Positions 55,354 through 64,000 of a DNA stretch of 64,000 nt are shown here, in pieces. The position numbers were made by a program, and so were the translations under genes. The stretch lies in assembly GCA_043797105.1 (NCBI GenBank), contig JAZDPZ010000009.1, forward strand, positions 44,570-108,569. The letters are read 5' to 3'. This DNA comes from a bacterium. GTDB lineage: Bacteria > Cyanobacteriota > Vampirovibrionia > Gastranaerophilales > CAZEDP01. Below the pieces are notes generated by a model. The model saw only the letters and a program-made list of their open reading frames with translations. It searched no databases and was not told the origin of the DNA. The stretch's first letter is position 1. Each line of letters starts with the position of its first letter.

Positions 55354-56244
55354 ATGACAAAACTTAACGAAATTTATAATTCAGAAAAACTGGCAATTTC
55401 TTTTGAGATATTTCCGCCTAAAATAGGAAAACCAGAAGATGAAGATAAAATAAAAATTCTTTTTGAAGAATTAAAAGTTTTATCCAAATTCGATCCTTCT
55501 TTTATCTCAGTTACTTATGGCGCTGGCGGAAGCACCAGAAAAAAGACTTTAGAGCTGGTGCATAAAATTAAAGACGAATTAAATATTCAGGCTGTGCCTC
55601 ATTTTACGTGTGTAAATACAACAAAAGAAGAAACCCTGCAATATTTAGAATCTGTTCAAAATATGGGCATAGAAAATATTTTTGCTTTAAGAGGAGATCC
55701 GCCCTGTGGAGAAAAAATATTTCAAAAGATCGAAAATGGCTTTTTTTATGCAAGTGAGCTTGTAGAATTTATCAAAGTTCATACAAATCTCGGTATAGCT
55801 GTTGCAGGTTATCCTGAAGGTCATCAGGAGTGCAAATGTCTTGATATAGATATAAATAATTTAAAAAAAAAGGTTAATGCAGGAGCTGATTTAATAATTA
55901 CTCAATTATTTTATGATAATGAACTTTTTTTTAAATTTTTAGAAAAAACATCAGAAAAAGGTATTAATATTCCTATTATTCCTGGAATACTGCCCATTAT
56001 TAATTTTAATCAGATAGACAAAATTATTTCTCTGTGTTCTGCGACTTTACCTGAGGCATTTAAAAAAGAATTAGAAAAATATAAAGATGATAATGAAGCA
56101 ATAAAAAATATTGGTATAGAATTTGCTGTAAAACAATGTGAAGAATTAGTTAAAAATAATGTTTCAGGTATTCATTTTTATACATTTAATAAATCTTTTG
56201 CTGTAAAAAGCATCCTTGAAAAAATTTTAAATAGCGCGTTTTAA
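55354..56244 (+). CDS. metF: Methylenetetrahydrofolate reductase
   Basis: It has ISFEIFPPK, ISVTYGAGGSTR, HFTC, ALRGDPP and ITQLF. Confidence 0.9.
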   Translation: MTKLNEIYNSEKLAISFEIFPPKIGKPEDEDKIKILFEELKVLSKFDPSFISVTYGAGGSTRKKTLELVHKIKDELNIQAVPHFTCVNTTKEETLQYLESVQNMGIENIFALRGDPPCGEKIFQKIENGFFYASELVEFIKVHTNLGIAVAGYPEGHQECKCLDIDINNLKKKVNAGADLIITQLFYDNELFFKFLEKTSEKGINIPIIPGILPIINFNQIDKIISLCSATLPEAFKKELEKYKDDNEAIKNIGIEFAVKQCEELVKNNVSGIHFYTFNKSFAVKSILEKILNSAF

Positions 56245-56439
56245 TAAAGTATTAAATGTTAATTTTTATTTCTTCTTAAAGGCTTCTTAAATTGTTTTTA
56301 AAAATTTAAAGTAACAAAACTTAAAAATAAGGGTTTTTTTGTTTAAAATTATTCAATACGAGGAATAATGTTTTTACAATAATTTGTGGTTGTAATATTT
56401 ATTAGTTAAATTTATAAGCAAAAAGGAGTTAAATTTACG

Positions 56440-57762
56440 ATGAAGAAAAAATTTAAAGGACAACAACTAACCGAATTTGTTTGTGTTTCAGCCATAGTTT
56501 TTGGTTTATGTTTAGTGGGGGTAGGTTCTTTAGGTGGGGGTTTTGCTAAAATTTTTAGCAATAATAATACGAATACTTTATTCACTAATTCAAACAGAGT
56601 GGGAAACCAGGTTGATGCAAGTGTTTACTTAAGTGATACTACTTTTAAAACAGGCTCCGGGCTTGGCATTAATTCTCCTGTAGAAAATGTTGTGGCAAAT
56701 AATTTAAATGACGGCACATATCAAACAAGCGGCAGTAATTCAGATTTGATGGAAACTCTTGATATTGCCAATGAATATGCTGACCAGCTTAAAGAAGCTT
56801 TCAAAAATAATATTGCCGGAGGTTCCAATCCTGCTACCAATGATGTTAGCAGCGCTTTAAAATCTATAGAGCAGATGCAGACTGACATAGCCAATTATGT
56901 TGTAACTGATGGACAACCGGCAGCTAATGATCTTGTTAAAAAAGCTAATGATCTTGATATTACAGTAGATTATGGAACCAGCGCCACTGCTCTTAATGCC
57001 AGCATTGATGAATTGCTAACCAATTTGGATATATTAGCAAGAGCAAAAACAGATCCAACATCTTTAACTGCTGATGAAAAAACCTGGTACAATAATTTAA
57101 CTGCTGCTGAAAAAGCAGAATATGCGCAATGTGAAAAATATAAAGATTTATTGGTTAGTTATTCTAATAGTTTATTAAATATAGGGCATAGTCTTGATTA
57201 TAAAATTGACAGCAGAAGTGATGGGCTTAGTAGTTTTGGGATTGATAAAGTTAGTTTAGAAACTTCAATTCAACCCACAGTTACAACTGCAAAAACCGTT
57301 CTTACGACACTTATTCCTGTTTCAGGTGTTCAAGGTGGACTTTCTTCTACTGACAAAGGGATTGATAAAAAACTAGAAGAAATAGGAAAATATATAGGCA
57401 GTATAATCTCTATAGATGAGATAGAAAAATATGTGCCCAAAATAAATAAAGATATAGATGAAATACAAAAAAAATTGGAACAAATTAGAATGCTTCCTGC
57501 TGATATTCAATTATTAACTAGATTAAGAGATGCTGTAGCAAATATAGGTAATCTCTCTGTTGATAAAATCTTAGCCGAAAAAGTATCTGAAAAGGCTGCT
57601 ACATTAACAAGGGCAGAAGCAGATGAAATGGCAAAAACAATAGATGTATACAGAAATGGCAATTATACAGAAATCATGCCTGATTCCTATAACAATAAAG
57701 TATTATGCAGCACTCTCGGCGGTACAATAACCGATAATAAATGCAACACTCCAAATCTGTAG
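56440..57762 (+). CDS. Large (440 aa) protein with Flp/type IV pilin-like N-terminus and C-terminal disulfide loop
   Basis: AAGGAG lies upstream of the ATG. The N-terminus MKKKFKG|QQLTEFVCVSAIVFGLCLVG has Glu at +5 after the Gly followed by a hydrophobic helix. The C-terminus is CSTLGGTITDNKC. Confidence 0.5.
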   Translation: MKKKFKGQQLTEFVCVSAIVFGLCLVGVGSLGGGFAKIFSNNNTNTLFTNSNRVGNQVDASVYLSDTTFKTGSGLGINSPVENVVANNLNDGTYQTSGSNSDLMETLDIANEYADQLKEAFKNNIAGGSNPATNDVSSALKSIEQMQTDIANYVVTDGQPAANDLVKKANDLDITVDYGTSATALNASIDELLTNLDILARAKTDPTSLTADEKTWYNNLTAAEKAEYAQCEKYKDLLVSYSNSLLNIGHSLDYKIDSRSDGLSSFGIDKVSLETSIQPTVTTAKTVLTTLIPVSGVQGGLSSTDKGIDKKLEEIGKYIGSIISIDEIEKYVPKINKDIDEIQKKLEQIRMLPADIQLLTRLRDAVANIGNLSVDKILAEKVSEKAATLTRAEADEMAKTIDVYRNGNYTEIMPDSYNNKVLCSTLGGTITDNKCNTPNL

Positions 57763-57817
57763 GTTCTAAAAAATATTATTATTTTTAACGCTGAGAATAG
57801 ATAAAAATCGTTAAAAG

Positions 57818-57893
57818 TGTTATTGCAAATGAAGCAAAGGCAATCTCATAAACGATTTTGAGATTGCCACAGGCTAAAATTCTTGCGATGACA
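57818..57893. repeat. MITE-like palindromic repeat, short form (76 bp)
   Basis: 'tgttattgcaaatgaagcaaaggcaatctcataaacgattttgagattgccacaggctaaaattcttgcgatgaca'. Confidence 0.7.
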
Positions 57894-57907
57894 CTTTTGA
57901 TTTTTAG

Positions 57908-60076
57908 CTACTCAGAACAACAGCAAACTTTTGATAAAAAATCGCAGTTTAATAATTCCTGAGCTTCTTTTAATTTAATTTTTATACGTCCGTCAACCGC
58001 TATACCTTCACTTGTTTTGTCAGAAATTTTTAGAGGATTAATATCAAGCTCTTCAATAAAGTTAAAGTCTTTTACAAGCTGAGATAATCTCAATAAAGTT
58101 TCCTGGATTTGTTCTATATTTGCAGATGGTTCTCCTCTTACACCTTTTAAAAGTTTATAGGCTTTAACAGATTTAACTATTTTTTCCGCATCTAAATCTG
58201 TTAAAGGATTAATTTTAAATGCCACATCTTTAATAGTTTCCACATAAACTCCGCCTAAGCCAAACATTGTCATGTGTCCATACTGCGGATCTGATGCAAT
58301 GCCGCAAACTATTTCACGAGAACCTTCGATCATTTCCTGAATAATTACACCGCCAAAAGCATTTTCAAGATTATTGTCTTTTAATCTCCGGAGTAATTCT
58401 GAATATACCTGTCTAAGCTCTTCATCATTTTTAATATTAACAATTACACCACCTATTTCTGTTTTATGGGAAATTTTAGTGGATGTAATTTTCATTACAA
58501 CCGGATAGCCTATTTCATTAGCAACATTGATAGATTCGTCAATATTAGCAGCAAAAGCATATTTACAGGTTCTAATTCCATAAGCTTTAAGAACATCAAT
58601 AGATTCAAGAGTAGTTAACTGGTCTCTTTTTTCTTTAATAACATTTTCAAAAATTTGCTTTGTTTTATTAAAATCAACCTTAAATTCAGGGTTTTTACCA
58701 ACAGGTTGTTCAATCCATCTACGCTGAGCATCCAGTTTTGAAATTGCAGCAGCAGCAGATTCCGGATATTGATAAAATGGAATATTTGTATCTATTTTAT
58801 TGATTTCATTAAAGAAACCGTTTTTAGCCATAAACACACCTATTATTGGTTTTTTCGGACGTTTTTCTTTTATTTGCATAATGGCTTTAGCAACATCCAT
58901 AGGATTTAAACCCATAAGCGGCAAATAAATTACCATTATAATATCAACATTTTTTTCATCTAAAAGTGTTTCCAAAGTTAATTTATATTGATCAATCGAA
59001 GCGCTGGCTATCATGTCAACAGGATTTCTTACACTTGCCTGTGGAGAAAGATTTTCTTTAAGTATTTTTGTGGTTTTTTCTGAAAGCTGGGCAATTTCAA
59101 GACCATATTCACATAAAGAATCTGTTGCCATAATTCCGGGTCCGCCGGCATTTGTCATAATAGCTATTTTATTGCCTTTTGGTATTGGACAGTTAACAAA
59201 TATCTGAGCAACTTCAAATAATTCAAGTATTGAAGTTACCCTGATTATTCCGCTTTGTTTTAATAAAGCGTCAGCTGCAAGATCAGCTCCTGCCAAAGCT
59301 CCTGTATGAGATGACGCAGCTTTTGCTCCTGCTTGTGATCTTCCTGATTTTACGGCAATAATAGGTTTTTTCTTTGTAATTCTGCTTGCAATTTTTCTAA
59401 AATTCGCCGGTTCTGCAATAGATTCAAGATAAAGCAGGATTTGATTCACGTCTTTATCATCTTCCCAGTACTCAAGCAAAGTTTCGCCGTTAATATCAGC
59501 TTTATTACCAATGGAGACAAACTGGCTGATTCCAACATTCATATCTTTTGAAATATTAAGTATAGCGCAACCAAGAGCTCCTGATTGAGACACAAAGGCT
59601 GTTTTTCCGCTGATCGGATAAGCTTCCGCAAAAGTAGCATCCATATGCACATCTGGTTCAGTATTGATAATACCAACACAATTTGGTCCAACCGCTCTCA
59701 TTCCGTATTTTTTAATTTTTGCCAAAAGTTCCTGTTCCAGTTTTGCTCCGTCAGAACCAGTTTCTTTAAAGCCAGCCGTAATAATAACAAGACCTTTTAT
59801 TCCTTTTTGATGGCATTCATCAATTACCTGAAATACAGAATTACTTGAAACCACTATTACAGCAAGATCAATCTGTCCTGGAACATCCAAAATATTTTTA
59901 TATGCTTTAACTGAACATATAGAATCAACTTTTGGATTAATAGGATAAAGATCACCTGCAAATTTATAATTTACCAGTTTTTGAAAAATTTCATGCCCTA
60001 TAGAGCCTTGTTTAGAAGAAGCGCCGATTACAGCTATTGATTTAGGACGCATTATTTTGTCAAGTTCTTTATTCAT
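57908..60076 (-). CDS. ADP-forming acetyl-CoA synthetase / acetate--CoA ligase family (fused alpha-beta)
   Basis: It has the CoA-binding segment PKSIAVIGAS, the succinyl-CoA-ligase-like segment GPNCVGI...SQSGALG...SSHTGALAG, and a C-terminal ATP-grasp domain. The product is 722 aa. Confidence 0.85.
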   Translation of the reverse strand: MNKELDKIMRPKSIAVIGASSKQGSIGHEIFQKLVNYKFAGDLYPINPKVDSICSVKAYKNILDVPGQIDLAVIVVSSNSVFQVIDECHQKGIKGLVIITAGFKETGSDGAKLEQELLAKIKKYGMRAVGPNCVGIINTEPDVHMDATFAEAYPISGKTAFVSQSGALGCAILNISKDMNVGISQFVSIGNKADINGETLLEYWEDDKDVNQILLYLESIAEPANFRKIASRITKKKPIIAVKSGRSQAGAKAASSHTGALAGADLAADALLKQSGIIRVTSILELFEVAQIFVNCPIPKGNKIAIMTNAGGPGIMATDSLCEYGLEIAQLSEKTTKILKENLSPQASVRNPVDMIASASIDQYKLTLETLLDEKNVDIIMVIYLPLMGLNPMDVAKAIMQIKEKRPKKPIIGVFMAKNGFFNEINKIDTNIPFYQYPESAAAAISKLDAQRRWIEQPVGKNPEFKVDFNKTKQIFENVIKEKRDQLTTLESIDVLKAYGIRTCKYAFAANIDESINVANEIGYPVVMKITSTKISHKTEIGGVIVNIKNDEELRQVYSELLRRLKDNNLENAFGGVIIQEMIEGSREIVCGIASDPQYGHMTMFGLGGVYVETIKDVAFKINPLTDLDAEKIVKSVKAYKLLKGVRGEPSANIEQIQETLLRLSQLVKDFNFIEELDINPLKISDKTSEGIAVDGRIKIKLKEAQELLNCDFLSKVCCCSE

Positions 60077-60192
60077 TGTGATTTTTTACCTCTTAATTAT
60101 TTTTTTAAAATATTTCTAAAGCCAAAATATATTTACATTTCTATTAAAATACGATTAAAGACAAGTGTAAATACGCAAATTGTTTAGTGCAT

Positions 60193-60843
60193 TCATTCGT
60201 AGCCTGTTCTTAACCATTCTCTGATTTTGAATTTTACACCTAAATTTTCAGTAATTTCTTTACATTTTTCAATGTTGATTTTGTAATTTTCAAAACCGAC
60301 TACTATAGTTGCTGTTGTTTCAATTCCTTGTTTTTGACATTCAGCAATGAAATTTTTTACAGCTTCAAAAGCTTGTTCCTTGTCAAATTTACATCTGGTT
60401 AATTCTTCGTAGAGATTTGCATTATCCGCATTTAAACTAACTGAAATTTTATCAATCAAACCTGCCAGCTCAGGCGCAATATTTTTTTTATGAATTAAAT
60501 TTGCCTGACCATTTGTATTTACTCTAACAGGAATATTAGGATAATTTTTTTTAATAAATTTAGCTGTATTTTTAATGATTTCAAGCTTTATTAAAGGTTC
60601 TCCATAACCACAAAAAACTATTTCGCTTCTTGTTTCCGGAAAATTGTTTTTTATTTCGCTTATAATTTGCTCGCTTGAAATATTTTCATCCTTAATCCTA
60701 AGATCAATGCCGCCTACGTTATTACTTAGATTTTTTATACAGAAAACACAGTTATTTGTACATAAATTAGTTATATTTATATACATTGAATTATTAAGAA
60801 AATAAACCAGCTTATTTTTTATTTTTGTTTTCATTTGATTCAC
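60193..60843 (-). CDS. Radical SAM protein (small, TatD-associated-type family likely)
   Basis: It has the CTNNCVFC (Cx3Cx2C) cluster motif and GYGEPL. The product is 216 aa. Confidence 0.75.
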   Translation of the reverse strand: MNQMKTKIKNKLVYFLNNSMYINITNLCTNNCVFCIKNLSNNVGGIDLRIKDENISSEQIISEIKNNFPETRSEIVFCGYGEPLIKLEIIKNTAKFIKKNYPNIPVRVNTNGQANLIHKKNIAPELAGLIDKISVSLNADNANLYEELTRCKFDKEQAFEAVKNFIAECQKQGIETTATIVVGFENYKINIEKCKEITENLGVKFKIREWLRTGYE

Positions 60844-60886
60844 AATACTAATTTTTACACAATATTGTTTATATATTCAATCTAAA

Positions 60887-62164
60887 TTAATTAATTTTTT
60901 TAAGTTTTCTTTCAGCATTTTTAAGTGAAATTTTTGCAAGGGGTTTTCTTGAGCTGCTGTCGTAAAAAACAAGCCAGTGTTTTTTTTTGGGATTATCAAC
61001 CGCAAAGGATAATTGTCCTGTTATTCTTGAATTTGGAATAATTTTTTGGAACCATAATTCTGTATTGCCAAAAGGAGAAGGATAATAAACATTCTTATAA
61101 TTATTAACAAGCGCTATATCAAAACTACTAAAAGTTTTATTAGTCTCATTTTTTATATCAAGAACAAGAGTAATTGTATTTAACTCTCCAAAAGGGTCTT
61201 TTTCGATTTTATAACTTGTAATTTTTACATCAAGACCATCTAAAATTTTTTCTTCATCTTTTAGGGCTTCTTCTGTAAAAACAGGAAGTTCTAATGTTCC
61301 TGCCACTTTAACGTTTATTTCATCTCCTGGAGCAATAAGAACTTCTCCGCCTTTTCTTGCCAGAGAACTTGTAGCACCTAATAATGCTCCTACTCCTGCT
61401 CCGCCTGCCACAGTATAACCATGACTAGCAACAGCAGCGCCTATTCCTAATATTTTTAAAGATAAAAGTCCGCCAACAACTCCACCTGCAACGGTATATG
61501 CTGTATCTTCAAGAAGCACTTTAGCTGTAGAAGTAACAGGATGTCTTTTTGTTGTCATAGAAGCTTCTATTGGAATTTTTCTGTTATCAGGAGTTATTAA
61601 ATAGTCAAAATTTAATGTGATATAAGCATCTCTTCCTAAACGTTTTGATTCAGTAAGTTTTGTAACGCTTCCATGCGCTATTGTTCCTGATGGAATAACT
61701 ATACCTCCTGCTATAGAAAGATCATTTGAAACTTCCGCAAAAAATTCATCGCCTTCCTCACTGTATCCTGAGCTTAATACAGATGAAACCGTCATTTTAA
61801 GCGTTGTACCGCTTTGAACTTCTTTAGTTTCACCTGTAAATAAATTTTCCTGCTTATTTTCATCTTCATTTATTTCTATTTTCCCGTGCAAAATATATTT
61901 ATTGCCAGAAACCTGAGCAAAAACCGGATTATTACTAATTAAAATCAAACTAAAAATAATTAAAAATATTTTCCTGTCATTGCGAGCGGCAAAGCCGCCT
62001 TCATAGGTCCTCGTCGGAAGGATTAATAACCTGTGAATGTGCCTTAGGCACCGAAGCAATCTAAAAAACGTATGATTATGGATCGCCACGGCTACTTCGT
62101 AGCCTCGCGATGACAATTTTTTAATATTATTTAGATTAAAAAATGATATTAAATAATTTTTCAC
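60887..62164 (-). CDS. Secreted/membrane protein: beta-domain + glycine-zipper segment + DUF4352-like Ig domain; 5' end carries a repeat element
   Basis: The GTG start overlaps the plsC stop (GTGA). The signal-peptide-like segment is KIFLIIFSLILISNNPVFAQ, and the Gly-zipper is YTVAGGVVGGLLS...GYTVAGGAGVGALLGA. Residues ~17-63 are encoded by the 141-bp repeat. Confidence 0.6.
   Translation of the reverse strand: MKNYLISFFNLNNIKKLSSRGYEVAVAIHNHTFFRLLRCLRHIHRLLILPTRTYEGGFAARNDRKIFLIIFSLILISNNPVFAQVSGNKYILHGKIEINEDENKQENLFTGETKEVQSGTTLKMTVSSVLSSGYSEEGDEFFAEVSNDLSIAGGIVIPSGTIAHGSVTKLTESKRLGRDAYITLNFDYLITPDNRKIPIEASMTTKRHPVTSTAKVLLEDTAYTVAGGVVGGLLSLKILGIGAAVASHGYTVAGGAGVGALLGATSSLARKGGEVLIAPGDEINVKVAGTLELPVFTEEALKDEEKILDGLDVKITSYKIEKDPFGELNTITLVLDIKNETNKTFSSFDIALVNNYKNVYYPSPFGNTELWFQKIIPNSRITGQLSFAVDNPKKKHWLVFYDSSSRKPLAKISLKNAERKLKKIN
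61975..62115 (-). repeat. MITE-like palindromic repeat, long form, copy C (141 bp)
   Basis: It is the reverse complement of copy A (16895-17035) with a handful of substitutions. It lies inside the 60887-62164 ORF. Confidence 0.8.
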
Positions 62165-62850
62165 TGTTTAAACCCATTTTTTAAATCAATATTTACTTTA
62201 TGATACATTAATTCAGTAAAAATTTCATTTTTTTCATATTCAAAACCGGTAAGCTCTGATATGGCTTTTCCCCATAAATCAATGGCTGTTTCAGGACTAT
62301 CAGGAACAGGTATCGGCTTTCCGATTTTTACTGTTAACTTGCCGCAAAAAGTGTTTGAACCAACAATGCCAATTGGTAAAATTTCAGAATTTGTTGTTTT
62401 GGCTAAATATCCGAAACCTTTATGTATATTGCCTATTTTCCCGGGTTTAATTCTTGTTCCTTCAGGAAATATGCCAAGTAGCCAATTAGTGGTTAATATA
62501 ATTTTTGCTGATTTTATTGTGGATATTTCAAGTTTTTCTCTATTTACCGCAAAAGCGCCTAATATTTGAATAATTTGAGAAATTATCGGAACCTGAAACA
62601 ATTCTTGTTTTGCCATATAAGCAACAGGTCTTTTTACCGCAAGAGAAACTATAACCGGATCAAAAAATGATATATGGTTTGCTGCAACTAAAATAGACTT
62701 ATTTTTAGGAATATTTTCTCTGCCATAAACCTCTACTCTGTAAAATATTTTAAAAAACGGGTAAAGAATTAAATAAATAACTAAATATTGAACTAAAACT
62801 CTCCACCAACAATAATTTTCAGCTTTTATTCTGGAAAATTTACTAGCCAT
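62161..62850 (-). CDS. plsC: 1-acyl-sn-glycerol-3-phosphate acyltransferase
   Basis: It has NHISFFDP (Hx4D) and FPEGTR. Confidence 0.85.
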   Translation of the reverse strand: MASKFSRIKAENYCWWRVLVQYLVIYLILYPFFKIFYRVEVYGRENIPKNKSILVAANHISFFDPVIVSLAVKRPVAYMAKQELFQVPIISQIIQILGAFAVNREKLEISTIKSAKIILTTNWLLGIFPEGTRIKPGKIGNIHKGFGYLAKTTNSEILPIGIVGSNTFCGKLTVKIGKPIPVPDSPETAIDLWGKAISELTGFEYEKNEIFTELMYHKVNIDLKNGFKQ

Positions 62851-62884
62851 TGTTTATTTAATCTCCTTAAATTTATTAATAATT

Positions 62885-64000
62885 TTAATTTCGTAATTTT
62901 TCAAAAATTTCAACAAATTCGGGAAAAGATATATTTATCCAGTTAAAATCATTAATTTTAACCGGATTATCAGCAATTAATCCTGCTACATAATTTGACA
63001 TAGCGATTCTATGGTCATGATAGCTTTCTAAAAGACAATTTCCTTTAAGTTTTGTTTTTCCGTAAATTATAAAACCGTCTTTAGTCTCTTCTATATTAGC
63101 CTGCAGCTTTTTTAATTCACTACAGACAGCTTTTATTCTGTCAGATTCTTTGTGTCTTAGGTCTTCAGCATCTTTTATAACTGTTTTGCCTTCTGCCTGA
63201 GTGGCAGCAACAGCTATTATAGGGAGTTCATCTATAATTTTTGGAATCATGTCTTTTTCTATAACAGTGCCTTTTAGATTTGAATAATTAACTTTAATAT
63301 CACCTACTTCTTCTCCGCATTCCAATCTTTGATTTAAAATTTTAATATCAGCTCCCATATTTTTTAAAATTTCTATAATACCGGTTCTAGTGGGATTTAA
63401 TCCTATATTTTTTAGAGTAATTTCAGAATCCTGAATAATTGTCCCTGCAACAATAAAAAAAGCAGCAGATGAAATATCTCCGGGAATTATTAAAGGTTTT
63501 GGGGTCAGGTTTGATTTTTTAATTTCAATTTTTTTGTCATAAACAGAAATATCAGCATTCAGATAACTTAATAATCTTTCAGTATGATCCCTTGATTTAA
63601 ACGGTTCTATTATAGTTGTTGTATTTTCAGATGATAAACCGGCAATAATTATAGCAGATTTTATCTGAGCGCTTGCTATAGGAGTTTCATAAAGTATTCC
63701 TGATAACTTTGATCCTTTTATGCTTATTGGAGCCAGTGTATCGTTATTTCTTGCCCAGATATTTGCTCCCATTTTTTTAAGAGGATTGATAACTCTTGCC
63801 ATTGGTCTTGACTTAAGACTGTTATCACCGGTAATAACGCTATAAAAATCAAGACCGGCTAATAATCCTGATATTAATCTTATTGTTGTTCCTGAATTAC
63901 CGGCATCAAGAATGTTATTTGGCTCTTTAAAACCTGTTTTATTCGAGATAATAATTTTTTGTTCCGATTGATACTCTATATTTACTCCGAGATTTTTAAG
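62885..64000 (-). CDS. aroA: 3-phosphoshikimate 1-carboxyvinyltransferase (EPSP synthase), N-terminus outside window
   Basis: The frame stays open to the window end. It has the blocks LGNSGTT (from 'ggtaattcaggaacaaca' at ~63890), DHRIAMS, and the C-terminus INISFPEFVEIFEKL. Confidence 0.9.
   Translation of the reverse strand, partial: LKNLGVNIEYQSEQKIIISNKTGFKEPNNILDAGNSGTTIRLISGLLAGLDFYSVITGDNSLKSRPMARVINPLKKMGANIWARNNDTLAPISIKGSKLSGILYETPIASAQIKSAIIIAGLSSENTTTIIEPFKSRDHTERLLSYLNADISVYDKKIEIKKSNLTPKPLIIPGDISSAAFFIVAGTIIQDSEITLKNIGLNPTRTGIIEILKNMGADIKILNQRLECGEEVGDIKVNYSNLKGTVIEKDMIPKIIDELPIIAVAATQAEGKTVIKDAEDLRHKESDRIKAVCSELKKLQANIEETKDGFIIYGKTKLKGNCLLESYHDHRIAMSNYVAGLIADNPVKINDFNWINISFPEFVEIFEKLRN

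Noticed and set aside
57908-57960. Cys-rich C-terminal tail (…CDFLSKVCCCSE) of the acetyl-CoA synthetase as a metal site or lipidation signal
   Set aside because: It is a single short tail with no recognisable motif and could simply be lineage-specific. The evidence is insufficient to call anything.

Overview
This is a visibly AT-rich chromosomal segment (composition not computed) from a diderm bacterium. About 60 genes are tightly packed, mostly on the minus strand, with one plus-strand block at 49.9-57.8 kb.

Most of the content is housekeeping:
- Amino-acid and translation genes: hisD, a HisA-HisI-HisE fusion, argS, fmt, def, engB, aroA and metF.
- Energy and cofactor genes: a K+-independent-type H+-pyrophosphatase, lipA, lpdA, folE2, birA and an ADP-forming acetyl-CoA synthetase.
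- Nitrogen and phosphate genes: amt-glnB, and PiT with a PhoU-like partner.
- Envelope genes: waaA, lptB with one lptF/G gene, and plsC.

There is also a surface-motility theme. It comprises a FliA/SigF-like sigma factor, an MglA GTPase fused in an operon to a sensor kinase, pilM-N-O-(P)-Q, one disrupted pseudopilin and one very large pilin-like protein. An LdpA-like Fe-S protein, the pilMNOQ layout and the repeat content suggest a Cyanobacteriota-related lineage such as Melainabacteria. That is inference only.

I saw no rRNA, tRNA, CRISPR array, transposase, integrase or reverse transcriptase. Two type II/VII toxin-antitoxin pairs are present (RelE-like and HepT/MntA).

The features that gene annotation does not explain are:
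1. A dense family of palindromic MITE-like repeats with 8 copies in two size classes. One copy sits in frame inside a signal-peptide coding region. Another forms an ORF whose stop overlaps the start codon of a ThiF-like gene.
2. A second structured repeat family with 3 copies.
3. Two short tandem duplications that copy gene ends. One creates a pair of Pro/Gly/Gln-rich peptide genes whose stop overlaps the argS start.
4. Several unannotated small ORFs.
5. Candidate cis-elements upstream of hsp20 and amt.

I cannot point to one unambiguous new multi-gene system. The best candidates are the mglA-kinase pair with the adjacent Gly-rich peptide, the sigma-factor operon with three unknown proteins, the peptide pair upstream of argS, and the 440-aa pilin-like protein next to the pilus-assembly operon.
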